This document shows, one piece after another, positions 25,801-34,079 of a stretch of 47,799 nucleotides of DNA. The notes under the pieces were generated by a model. That model had not been told where the DNA came from. It saw nothing but the letters and a program-made list of their open reading frames with translations, and searched no databases. Source of the DNA: a virus. Its lineage: Duplodnaviria; Caudoviricetes. The number at the start of each line of letters is the position of its first letter. Position 1 is the stretch's first letter. The position numbers and the translations under genes were made by a program. The DNA lies in the IMG/VR virus record IMGVR_UViG_3300032075_000005, positions 1 to 47,799 of that record. The stretch is one strand, 5' to 3'.

Positions 25801-28725
25801 TGCATCAGGTTTACCACCACTGCTACGCATCTGTATTGCTGCACGTTCAGGAGCAGCTGAACCAGCACCTATTGCAGGGCTTCGTAACCCAGCAACCGAT
25901 GGCACCGAATGATAGCTAACATTACCAGCAGCTGGTGTTGGTGCTACTTCTATTAACGAGTGGCCGCGTACGTGCAGATCGAATGCTGTATCTGTTACGT
26001 CACGTGCAACCTCAGCAGATGCGCCACGACGTGTAAGCATTTCTCTTGCATCTATTGGTCGCACGCCACGATCAAAAGCAGCAGCAATTTCTGGCAATGC
26101 CTCAGCTGGATTGATATTAGCTGAGCGTAACCACTCACGAATCGAAGCACGTTGATTAACTTGTTGTTCACGCAATCCACGCTGTAGTTGTATTTCTTGC
26201 TCAGCATAAGCACGTGTCTCTGGAGTACCTACTTCTGGTGCCTTAACAACTCTACGTTTGCGTTTAGGTTTCTCCACTACTGGCGTAGTGTCTACTACTG
26301 GTTCGGTAGGTGTAGGTATTTCTACTTCAGTTCCTGCCGGTGCGTTCTCGAGTGCAGCTTCGGTTGCTGCAGTCTGTACAGCTGGCTTCGATGCTACTTG
26401 TTGCAGCGTTTCAGTACCAGCCTTTGCTGCACGTATAGTACGTAACTGTTCAGCAATAGCACGTACTTCCTCTCTTGGAAATCCTAGATCAAGTAATCCC
26501 TTAGTAAGATGAGAGCTTCCTGCTGCCTCACGTGCAAGCCTTTTTAGTTCAGCTAGTTTGCCTTCGTTCAGTAATGTACGTGCAGATGAGGGTGGAACCG
26601 CAGCTACCGTTGGCTCTGATGAAACTGGTGCTGGAACAGTTTCGGGAGCAACAGTAGCTGCAGCTTGCGGCGTAGGTCTAAGCTCATCACGCAATCTTGT
26701 CATATATTCGTTCACGCGTGCAGTAAGCTCTGGCCCACCTCCTCCAGCATCTCTCACTTCTGAGTTAATACGTGCAAGCTCTTCCACAGAAGTAATGAAC
26801 CGATTACGTGGTATTTCTACACCTTGCGCCTTAAGTGTGGCACCAACTATTAGAGAAAGCTCTTGACCACCGCCTGGGCTTCGAGTACCACCTTTAGTGT
26901 ACGTATCGTACAGCATTCTTTTGTACTGATTAAATGCTTCTTGTGTAGCACCGCGAAATGCACCAGGAAAATCAATAGGTCCTTGTGCACCAGTAGGAGG
27001 AGTTGGTGCTTGCGTCGCAGGCCTCACTGGTTCAGTAGGTGGTACAGGTGCTTCAGGCGCAGGCCTTGCAATTGAAGTATCTTGTCCAACTACAACTTCA
27101 GACTGAACTTGACGCTCCATTGTAGGAGCGGCTCTTTGAGCCTCAGGTGCGGGTGCTGCTTGAGGCTGAGCACGTTCTTGTTGAGCACGATTAAAATCAG
27201 CTGCTACTCTCTCTGTGTCCATAGGTATATCTTCTGGTGCTAATCCAGCATTCTGCTTTGCTTGAAGTTCTCTATCGACACGCATAACATTAGCAACAAC
27301 CTGTTCACTAGCTCCAGTTCTACGCAAACTATTTTCAAGCGTTTCGCCTGGCTGCATTTTACCACGTAATTCTTGCCAGGCATTATACTGAGCGATTGGA
27401 TCAGCACCTTCTAAGACAGAGTTTAGCCTGACAACTTCCGCTAAAGCATCTCGTGGCTGCGGTTTAGGTACTTTGCCCAGCTCAGTTTCTATCGTACTAA
27501 ATGAAGCACCCTCATTCCGAAGTTCTGCTGCACGCTGCTGCAGTGACTCACTATATACTCTTAAATCATCAGGATGAATAGCTTCTCCACCAGGTGCTCC
27601 TCCAGGAGGCTCATTAGGCCCGCGTGGTGGTCGTCCTGCTTCACGATCAGCTTCGCCTCTAAACTTACCACGAGCTTCATCAAGTGCGTCATTCAGTTTA
27701 GGATTCTTTGCAGCTGCGTCCGCAAGATCACTGGCCACGCCTGCAACTTCAGCATCACTTGTTGCTTTAGACATACGTGTTTTGAAATCAGCTATTTTTG
27801 CTCTAAGTTCTGGTGCGGCCTCACGTATGCCACGATCAAGTTTGTAGAACAAATAAAGTTCAGTGGCAAAGCTAAGTACTTTTGCAGTATCCTCATTCAA
27901 CACGCCTATTGCGGTAAGGCCTTTAGCTGGCAGCTCGGCTACATCCTTAACAAGACCAGTTACAGTACCAATAGCTTTGTTTACATTCTTTGCAATATCA
28001 GAGCGTGGTTCTGGAGTAAGATCAGAAATAGTTTTATCCATGCGTGTGAAAATGTCACGGTAATGTGTTGAGCTTTCAGGTCCACCTGCTAACGGTCCGC
28101 CACGCGCAACACGTGCAAGTTGTGCGTTAAGAATATCACTAGCAGCGGTTGCAGCACCAAATGCAAATGCTCCCATTCCTGCAAGTGTTTGGCCACCAGC
28201 TTCAGCTATATCGCGTACAAAGTTAGCATGTCGTTGTAGCGTGCCATAGATTCCTGATTCATACTGTCGCTGAGGTGCTGGTGCAGCAACAGTTCCAGTT
28301 GCAGGCGGCTGCGTGCCAGTAGCTATTGGAGCTGTAGTCGTAGGTGCTTGTTGATTAGCTGTCGTGCTAGGCGGAATTGTTGTAGTTACATCAGGACCGC
28401 GTGGTGCTGTAATGCTTGGTAATGATTCGTAAATTTGCCCAGGAATTCTTGCAGCAGTGCCAACAGCACTACTTATTGCAGTGCCAGCTTTTTGGAGCAC
28501 GCCAGGTTCAGGAGGTGGCGGTTCTATTGGAGGCGGCAGCTCGCCTGGCTTAAGTGTAGTACCACCTGCTTTATTATAGGCATTTAGAAGCGCGTCTTCA
28601 AGTGGCGGCTTAGTTGGAGGCGCACCTGGCTTACGCTTGAGTCCAGCTGCGCTAAGCAAGTCTTCTTCACCTGCTTCGCCTTCGAGTAAATATCGTTCTA
28701 CATCTATTGGAGTAACAGTTGCCAT
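22900..28725 (-). CDS. Very large internal virion / DNA-ejection protein (1941 aa)
   Basis: Size, Ala/Pro-rich low-complexity tracts and last position in the structural arm. Confidence 0.7.
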   Translation of the reverse strand: MATVTPIDVERYLLEGEAGEEDLLSAAGLKRKPGAPPTKPPLEDALLNAYNKAGGTTLKPGELPPPIEPPPPEPGVLQKAGTAISSAVGTAARIPGQIYESLPSITAPRGPDVTTTIPPSTTANQQAPTTTAPIATGTQPPATGTVAAPAPQRQYESGIYGTLQRHANFVRDIAEAGGQTLAGMGAFAFGAATAASDILNAQLARVARGGPLAGGPESSTHYRDIFTRMDKTISDLTPEPRSDIAKNVNKAIGTVTGLVKDVAELPAKGLTAIGVLNEDTAKVLSFATELYLFYKLDRGIREAAPELRAKIADFKTRMSKATSDAEVAGVASDLADAAAKNPKLNDALDEARGKFRGEADREAGRPPRGPNEPPGGAPGGEAIHPDDLRVYSESLQQRAAELRNEGASFSTIETELGKVPKPQPRDALAEVVRLNSVLEGADPIAQYNAWQELRGKMQPGETLENSLRRTGASEQVVANVMRVDRELQAKQNAGLAPEDIPMDTERVAADFNRAQQERAQPQAAPAPEAQRAAPTMERQVQSEVVVGQDTSIARPAPEAPVPPTEPVRPATQAPTPPTGAQGPIDFPGAFRGATQEAFNQYKRMLYDTYTKGGTRSPGGGQELSLIVGATLKAQGVEIPRNRFITSVEELARINSEVRDAGGGGPELTARVNEYMTRLRDELRPTPQAAATVAPETVPAPVSSEPTVAAVPPSSARTLLNEGKLAELKRLAREAAGSSHLTKGLLDLGFPREEVRAIAEQLRTIRAAKAGTETLQQVASKPAVQTAATEAALENAPAGTEVEIPTPTEPVVDTTPVVEKPKRKRRVVKAPEVGTPETRAYAEQEIQLQRGLREQQVNQRASIREWLRSANINPAEALPEIAAAFDRGVRPIDAREMLTRRGASAEVARDVTDTAFDLHVRGHSLIEVAPTPAAGNVSYHSVPSVAGLRSPAIGAGSAAPERAAIQMRSSGGKPDAVFIDTTGLNTRTSLADIQAQTERGRMSAELSTAMQANLARQAQLSGRPLAEAHQFTGEELTREATRIAAETGIDLYVKKGKNYELVPKDVVRTDARLNRGDDLAPTPISAEAAGVYVESKTSDIGPAQIKEIMEAIERGTDITDKLPSELVPHYQAMRDAERAGIDTSERRSFIDILNDMNTMLGEQGAIGGNFTREMRMAAQRLQADMRKAGKNTREFLFGARPEDVAMFENYLASINNPVPSNSTNPRNMRFDPENIIKGDRVVKHRVVRQASGSTPSLEAPPLWRSEVTALQGARDIKPGGTEWDLKSPIRQHKAAGTEFLYYAYRTAQKNLNAELNGLHADMQELARGFSSKSLENIGANGYQRQGGDGQRILTFNKVTPKPLNAAEQRLQTTLDTIYADLFDRIQITREATGREPLARVDNYQTFARTISLLNHLGIKVDLARDTSASIHAQYVKHRASNFPYVVRKHAFYTAEMNALKILDTYAQSALKDINMSPFIAKLHELIETNLPDPVTGEETWSLKDNKPGLYEELSNWKEFLSTGTNAKLHPTARRVMSAVNNNLAYALLSGSLRSAGIQLSALVGTTYALGAVPTLKSAGEILAGHIAHPFSGGTARDFAIRNSEVLSSRNFIEAYNQAAAAIIGRRPGDIAHAIRVGDFGSVQQAVGRPGFKLFEIFDMEAAVVSWNAAYQIAKGSKMGYSHKDAVRYADDLVVRTQGSTMPGDLTGVQRNERGKLLTQFQTFLINDFNFLREEVLTKGKTGGGGGGNIPPGGVPSGTGSWETGGKRSKTQLAINLLRLLVYTQIVNEMYKILHLQPGLPDPVGDVRKGIQQGHGPAMLAWDIAVGQAERLPIVGGGLRYGKGVTGPAAQIVQDLFRAGRVDPLVSNPYKKQMEDLGLPKDVGGLIEPAGSLLGVPYLRQVGKYAKAQVRGENVWDSLMGWYSKPAGRDGRERSERRERSSR

Positions 28726-28747
28726 TAGCTAATCCTTTAGTCTACAA

Positions 28748-29004
28748 CCGGACTACCGTCCGGACCTGCGGCCTGCAAGTACCAAGACTGTGACTCAAGG
28801 AGCGTACCGGGCCTCCCACTCAAAGAAGCAGCAATCATCCAACGGACTCCTACAGCAAACTGTTGTCTCTAGGAGGAGATGCGGCGGCGCTAGTAACAGT
28901 GCAATCAGCACCAGGGCCGCTTGACTCAGGATGCTGCGAAAGAGGTTAGTACGTCTACCTCCTAAGAGATGTTGAGCATTGTGCCGTGCGGTTAGATTTT
29001 AACC
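28748..29004 (+). repeat. Dispersed structured element D
   Basis: Hairpin CCGGAC/GTCCGG, then ACCTGC; TCATCCAACGGA shared with F; 3' end GAGGTTAGTACGT..TTGAGCATTGTGCCG..GGTTAGATTTTAACC closely matches B. Confidence 0.8.
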
Positions 29005-29198
29005 AAACTGATGAGTGCCAGTACTTCATCCCATGAGCTACCTCTGAGCTGGAACCGCTCGGTGTTGTGTGATGCTAAACGGCGCCGCTTCTCTTCCCGT
29101 CGCCAACCAAGTCTTTTCGACCAGTTCTCCGTCCTGAGTAAAGCCTTCATCCTGTTGGTGCTACTCGGCATATGAGGGGCTCCGAGCGGTGCCACCGC
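28990..29198 (-). repeat. Dispersed structured element E (shares its palindrome with D)
   Basis: On the - strand: hairpin GCGGTG/CACCGC, then TCGGAGCCCCTCAT and GGTCGAAAAGACTTGGTTGGCGAC, both closely matching F. Confidence 0.8.
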
Positions 29199-29202
29199 AA
29201 AC

Positions 29203-30174
29203 TTATTTAGGTTTAAGTGTACTTTCTACTCCAGTCGCCCAGGGTACAGGCTGCTTAATCATAGGGTAGAACACTTGCTCCATATATTGCTGCACTGTCA
29301 TGCTACGTGCACTAGCCGCATCGTATAGTTCTTGGGCTGTATAGCGATGTCCGTCTACTGTAGGCAAGTCACGACGCTTCATAACTGTATTACTACCGTA
29401 AAGTGCACCTGGCTCTTTCTCCAGCGTGTAGATGTACGGAGCTTTGCTTGTAGCATGAAACTTCTCTATATCTGGTCCAAGCTCACTATGATCACTCGAG
29501 TTTTGTAGTTTGAATCCACCAGGACGTAATGCTTTAAGATTCTTCTCAGCATCAGTAGCCATGTCAAGTTCAGCTCGTTGATCCCTACGAGCGCTAGCTA
29601 TTTTGTCCTGTTGCTCTTTAGCTAGCCGCGCCATCAGCTGAATGTTATCGTTACGTTCTTTAGCTAATTCCATTCCTTTAGCAGTGAACTCCTGACCATT
29701 TATCTTCATCTGCACGTACTCTGCATTCTGCTGATCAAGTAACTTAGCTCGTTTCGGTGCCAGTAATCGTGCTTCTTCAGCATTAGCTCTCGATGCACCA
29801 GCTGATGCTAGGCTCTGCTCGATATTAGCTTTAATGTTCTGCTTCTCATAATCTAGCAATTCATTAACACGCTTCGTCTGTGCTTGATATTGTGCTGTTT
29901 GTGCACGTTCCTGCTCTACTTGGATAGGCAGCAATGTTTCGGCAGTAGTAGCTGTAGCTCGACTCGCGCGTGCTGCTTCTCTATGCTGATCAATTTTAGA
30001 CAGCATCTCTGCTGCTAGATGCGGCTCAACTGCACGTAAGTTTGCAGCCTGTTGCCTGTTGAGATCACCTGATGTTTCACGGTACGCAATTTCACTTTGT
30101 ATATTACGTGCCTCAATAATGCCCTGCACGCTTCGCATACGAAGTGCCTCACGTTCAGTGTCGAGTCGGCCCAT
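29203..30174 (-). CDS. Internal virion protein, probably the C-terminal part of a -1 frameshift fusion with 30234-30770
   Basis: The frame stays open upstream of the ATG to a CCCTTTT slippery site. Confidence 0.75.
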   Translation of the reverse strand: MGRLDTEREALRMRSVQGIIEARNIQSEIAYRETSGDLNRQQAANLRAVEPHLAAEMLSKIDQHREAARASRATATTAETLLPIQVEQERAQTAQYQAQTKRVNELLDYEKQNIKANIEQSLASAGASRANAEEARLLAPKRAKLLDQQNAEYVQMKINGQEFTAKGMELAKERNDNIQLMARLAKEQQDKIASARRDQRAELDMATDAEKNLKALRPGGFKLQNSSDHSELGPDIEKFHATSKAPYIYTLEKEPGALYGSNTVMKRRDLPTVDGHRYTAQELYDAASARSMTVQQYMEQVFYPMIKQPVPWATGVESTLKPK

Positions 30175-30185
30175 AGCTGCAACTT

Positions 30186-30246
30186 GTTCCGGATTTAGCC
30201 CCGCAAGACTTCCACTCTCAAAGCCTCCGGGGCTTAATAAAAAGGG
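30186..30246 (-). other. -1 programmed ribosomal frameshift signal (C CCU UUU plus downstream structure)
   Basis: X XXY YYZ heptamer at 30246-30240; downstream AAGCC-CCGGA-GGCTT stem whose loop is complementary to TCCGG further 3'. Confidence 0.7.
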
Positions 30247-30770
30247 GCAATGTCCGTTATATCAGGTTGCCTTCGCGCTGCAGTACGCATTTGTGCTGTC
30301 GATGTTGGTGCTACTTGTGCTCCAGTTGTAGTGACTGGTGCTACTAATGGCTGCGTGCGTACTGGAGCTGGAGCTGCTGCTGGTTTAATAGTGCTTAGTG
30401 TATTAGAAAAATCTCTATACTCTGGTGTTCCCGTTATTCCTCCAGGATCTTGTAAGTTAAGGTCGAATGCCAGCGAGCCTGCAGGTGTGGCTTTAATACT
30501 ATTCAGGCCGGGCTTGTCAGGAGCTGTTAGTCCGCCGTGCAATTCAATGAGCTGTTTTATTTGTGCCTGTCTAGCTGCGTCACGTTTCTCTACTGCAGTC
30601 TGAGCAGCCTTCGAGGAAATCATATTAGCTGCAGCTCCACCTATAACACCACCTACACCCTCAGGGTCTGCAGCTTTGCCCATGTTAGCAAGAAGTAACT
30701 GGAAGTTAGGATCAGCTAGCATACTAGTAAAACTCCAGCCTGGTGTTGCTGGCGCTGTAGTCTCAGCCAT
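30234..30770 (-). CDS. Internal virion protein (178 aa short form)
   Basis: Gly/Ala-rich; ends GCC CCT TTT TAT TAA. Confidence 0.8.
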   Translation of the reverse strand: MAETTAPATPGWSFTSMLADPNFQLLLANMGKAADPEGVGGVIGGAAANMISSKAAQTAVEKRDAARQAQIKQLIELHGGLTAPDKPGLNSIKATPAGSLAFDLNLQDPGGITGTPEYRDFSNTLSTIKPAAAPAPVRTQPLVAPVTTTGAQVAPTSTAQMRTAARRQPDITDIAPFY

Positions 30771-31191
30771 TTTTTCTCTCCTTGTGATATATACTACGAC
30801 ATGCCTTGCAAAAACGTCTTACAATGCCGTACTTATTCTTATATACGTACGTGTTATCTCTACTAAACTCGTGCCCTTTACGACAGTGAGTTTTTGTGCT
30901 GTTATATTCCTCTCCAGCATGCGCTTGTCGATGCTCTAGCCACGTAAGGCACTCTAAATGATACGGATTTACACACAACTTGTTATGGCATCGGTGATGA
31001 ATGATACGCGCTTCTGGTATAGAACCAAAAAAGTACGTATAAATCCAACGGTGAGATTGCCACATCTTGTATCTGTACTTAAAATATCCGTAACCCCATC
31101 CACTTATATAACCAATCCACATCCAGCACTCATCAATATCCTCGTACTGTTTTACGTACCTTAAAAAGCGTGCTAAGTCTTCCTTATTCAT
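30763..31191 (-). CDS. HNH homing endonuclease
   Basis: CWMW..GYG..SHR..HHRCHNKLCVNPYHL and THCRKGHEF..CKAC; paralogous to 4150-4644. Confidence 0.9.
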   Translation of the reverse strand: MNKEDLARFLRYVKQYEDIDECWMWIGYISGWGYGYFKYRYKMWQSHRWIYTYFFGSIPEARIIHHRCHNKLCVNPYHLECLTWLEHRQAHAGEEYNSTKTHCRKGHEFSRDNTYVYKNKYGIVRRFCKACRSIYHKERKNG

Positions 31192-31290
31192 TATTAGCTT
31201 CCCTTTAGCTAATCCCTAAGAAAGTAAGATTCAGCAGGACAGTAGGGTGCTGTCTTTTCGGGCCGTCGCCCTAGCTGAATCTATTACTTA
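31192..31290 (-). ncRNA. Three-way-junction leader RNA upstream of HNH gene (c4-like architecture)
   Basis: Outer stem AGATTCAGC/GCTGAATCT, then TA-GGGC..GCCC-GAAAA-GACAG..CTGTC, then RBS hairpin TTAGCT/AGCTAA. Confidence 0.6.
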
Positions 31291-31292
31291 AA

Positions 31293-31637
31293 CTAAAACA
31301 AGATATCACCTACAACGAAATGTCCTTTACTGCTGTGATCCTGCCATGGTGAGATAACGAAATATAGCTGCCACTTGTATGTCCCAGCGACATTTAATAC
31401 TCCTGTTTCAACTACGTACTCAACACGCCCGTCGGCCCCATTAGTAATATAACTTAGTGGCTTTGTTACGTGTGTTCCATCTGGCTTAGCAAGTTTTACT
31501 TGCATTACACTTGCATTAGTAAGATCAAGAATCTCGCCCTCATCGAAAACAGTCCAACGTAATTTAGTTCCTATTGCATTCTTGCATATGTCGTACATAT
31601 CAACGCTCCACCGGAACCGAGGGTTCCATGAGAACAT
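31293..31637 (-). CDS. BppU-like / Ig-like virion accessory protein (start probably near 31598)
   Basis: LDLTNA..KPDGT..DGRVEY..LNVAGTYKWQ pattern. Confidence 0.6.
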   Translation of the reverse strand: MFSWNPRFRWSVDMYDICKNAIGTKLRWTVFDEGEILDLTNASVMQVKLAKPDGTHVTKPLSYITNGADGRVEYVVETGVLNVAGTYKWQLYFVISPWQDHSSKGHFVVGDILF

Positions 31638-31818
31638 ACGCTACTAAGTCTTTATCGTGACATACATACGCATTCATTTCTACCGCGCGATTTACTAATG
31701 CATCTACAAGCTCGATTATCTCAGCTTGGCCGAAATCCTCATCTATGAACGGACCAAAGCCACGCGTTACAATATGTCGCGGAGACCAAATTTGCGTGAC
31801 AATGTACTTAGTAGCCAT
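31600..31818 (-). CDS. Hypothetical virion-associated protein
   Basis: Coupled ORF. Confidence 0.65.
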   Translation of the reverse strand: MATKYIVTQIWSPRHIVTRGFGPFIDEDFGQAEIIELVDALVNRAVEMNAYVCHDKDLVAYVLMEPSVPVER

Positions 31819-32372
31819 TAGCTAGTCCGTATGCGCTGCGTCGGCATAGTAGCATCATTCATAGTAAATACCATAGCGTCCGTTACTCCGTCAAGTCGCT
31901 TAGCACGAATCAAGTTTGAGTCTATGACGAATTGTGAGAGTGCTGCCCAAGTCATAAATAATAGCTGGTCACGTGTAGGTGCAACGCCATCAGCTGCATA
32001 AGATTCTGCGATCGGTGAGGTATTGGCACTCGAAATAATAGTATTGATAGATGCTATGTCGTTACTTGTTAGCGTAGCTGTTGGTGCGTCGAAGAATATA
32101 GAACCATCGCCCCACTCAAATTGTGGATCACTCCAAAGAACAAGAATTTTGTCCGCAGTCATTTCAGCTGAATTAAGGCTTACAGTTACGCAGCCGCTTC
32201 CAGCTGGCGTCTCTACTGGTAATGTTGTTAAGTTTGTTGGTGTGCCGTTATCAAGACTTACTTTGAAATCGCCAGCTACAATTGTTGGTGTTTTCTTAAT
32301 GCGTCCAGGCACAAGCGTATCGAGTAAGGTTATTCTAAATGAGTATGCTACACCGCGCTGTGGATTTGGCAT
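31818..32372 (-). CDS. Hypothetical virion protein
   Basis: Beta-rich ORF with RBS. Confidence 0.7.
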   Translation of the reverse strand: MPNPQRGVAYSFRITLLDTLVPGRIKKTPTIVAGDFKVSLDNGTPTNLTTLPVETPAGSGCVTVSLNSAEMTADKILVLWSDPQFEWGDGSIFFDAPTATLTSNDIASINTIISSANTSPIAESYAADGVAPTRDQLLFMTWAALSQFVIDSNLIRAKRLDGVTDAMVFTMNDATMPTQRIRTS

Positions 32373-32375
32373 AGT

Positions 32376-32852
32376 TTATTCCTTATTCCATAAGGCTACT
32401 TCTCGTGCTCGGCGTGTCTGGAGTCCACGTACTACTCTTCCACCAGCATAACACCAGCGCATCATTTGATCCGGAACCGCTGTGTAGTTTCCTTCATTAA
32501 GCAATTTACACAGTGTAGATTCACGGAAAGCGTTTGCTCCAATATTGAAGCAAAATAGCACGAGTGAATCAAACTGATTTTGTGTGAGGCCAACTTGAAT
32601 AGCTCTATCGACTGCTGCTTCAGCCCAGCCAACATCCTCCTGCAATAATGAGTTGATTTCATCATCAGTAAGCGGCCCGTCCTTCCATCGTATTATCTGA
32701 TCTTCACACTGAATTTTGCCGCTCGATAATTCGTCACGCGTGAGTAAGTGCCCACAACCAACAGTAAGAAGGCCAGCGCTGTCACGATAAGGCTCGTATT
32801 CTATTCCTTCTAAATCTTTAAGTAATTCGAGTCCGTTCTGGCTAAGTGGCAT
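32376..32852 (-). CDS. Endolysin, GH24 lysozyme
   Basis: LEG...PYRDSAGLLTVGCGH (E-x8-D-x5-T catalytic triad); FNIG; GLQTRR. Confidence 0.92.
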   Translation of the reverse strand: MPLSQNGLELLKDLEGIEYEPYRDSAGLLTVGCGHLLTRDELSSGKIQCEDQIIRWKDGPLTDDEINSLLQEDVGWAEAAVDRAIQVGLTQNQFDSLVLFCFNIGANAFRESTLCKLLNEGNYTAVPDQMMRWCYAGGRVVRGLQTRRAREVALWNKE

Positions 32853-32861
32853 ATTCCATTC

Positions 32862-33473
32862 CTAACGTATAATAACTTCAACACGTCGGTTCTTTTCTTC
32901 TGATTTACCAGGTACATCAATTATAGGATCTCTAGCACCGCGTCCAACAACACCTATAAATGACCCGGTAATTCCATTTTGCTGAAGTAAGGTACGTACT
33001 GTTTCAGCACGTGACATTGACAAACTATCATTAAGCGTTGTTGTTCCAGTTTGATCTGCGTGCCCTATAATTTGCACGTCAATTATACTGCGCTTTTGTA
33101 TTTCAGCTAAAATAGCCGTCAGTGTAGTACGCCCTTCTTTATTTACTTCACTTTTATTGGTGTCAAAATACAGTATAAATGTCGTTACTGCTTCGGGCAC
33201 GGTCTCTAATACTTGAGCATAGCGCGTTTGTAACGCCTCAGGATTATTGGCAGTAACTTTTACTTGACCACTCGATTCTATATCTGCAGTAGTGGATGAT
33301 TTATCAAGCGTAACCGAACTTGTTTTTGTAGTTACAGTTATATTCTCACCTGGTTCCGCATCAAATACTACTACGTGCTCCGCTGGCTTAGAACAGCCAA
33401 GTAATAAGCTAATCAATATTATGCTTTTGGATTTAGTGTAGGTCGTCGTACCCATTTGAAAATAGGACTCCAA
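32862..33473 (-). CDS. OmpA C-terminal-domain (peptidoglycan-binding) lipoprotein; the start may be 33455
   Basis: Lipobox LLLGC; YFD..GHADQTG..N..LS..RA..V..G.G..P..NRRVE. Confidence 0.85.
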   Translation of the reverse strand: MESYFQMGTTTYTKSKSIILISLLLGCSKPAEHVVVFDAEPGENITVTTKTSSVTLDKSSTTADIESSGQVKVTANNPEALQTRYAQVLETVPEAVTTFILYFDTNKSEVNKEGRTTLTAILAEIQKRSIIDVQIIGHADQTGTTTLNDSLSMSRAETVRTLLQQNGITGSFIGVVGRGARDPIIDVPGKSEEKNRRVEVIIR

Positions 33474-33784
33474 TCATTCTCATAATAACGTAAGAGAACA
33501 TCACCAGTTGGGCACAGTGTTACTCTAACTACTAATCCTTTTGGTCCATCGGCTTCGTAAACTCCTTGCTGTTGAACACAGTCCAGATTGCTCCTCCATA
33601 AACTTTCTTGTTCTTGTACGAGTTGTAATTGTGACCTATCTACACCAAGTTTCCAGGCTTTAACTTCATTCCATATAGTTGGGATCGAGCCACCAATCGA
33701 CAGTACTAATGAAGGGTACACAACTAAATACTGCCAAAATTTACTGGGCAGTTTCGCTGGTTCTGGTGTTGCTGTTACTGTCAT
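33419..33784 (-). CDS. Single-pass membrane protein in the lysis module
   Basis: Hydrophobic segment FWQYLVVYPSLVLSIGGSIP. Confidence 0.6.
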   Translation of the reverse strand: MTVTATPEPAKLPSKFWQYLVVYPSLVLSIGGSIPTIWNEVKAWKLGVDRSQLQLVQEQESLWRSNLDCVQQQGVYEADGPKGLVVRVTLCPTGDVLLRYYENDWSPIFKWVRRPTLNPKA

Positions 33785-34068
33785 AGGAACCTAGCCGCTA
33801 ATTGCGATAACGACGGATAACCATTCTGAATGGCTGGAAGCATGAGTGTTGTTAGTACATAAACACCGTCGTCAACCTGCTGTTTTGTCAACCCAGATAA
33901 ACTAGCTACTTCGTCTAACTCCTCCTGCGTTAGAGTTTCTTTCATGCCTCCAGCACTATCGTATATTTGTGCTAAGCTAGCGAGTTTCGGGTGTATATCA
34001 GAAATAGCTTGCTTCGCTATTGCAAAGATCTTAGCTAAAGTATCAAGTTCTAGCTGATTCATCGGCAT
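33781..34068 (-). CDS. Hypothetical protein (95 aa)
   Basis: ATG at 34068 follows AAGGAA. Confidence 0.7.
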   Translation of the reverse strand: MPMNQLELDTLAKIFAIAKQAISDIHPKLASLAQIYDSAGGMKETLTQEELDEVASLSGLTKQQVDDGVYVLTTLMLPAIQNGYPSLSQLAARFL

Positions 34069-34079
34069 AGTAAATTCCT

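Noticed and set aside
29008-29030. Hammerhead ribozyme core (CTGATGAG)
   Set aside because: No stem II followed by GAAA; the segment instead pairs locally with TCATC.
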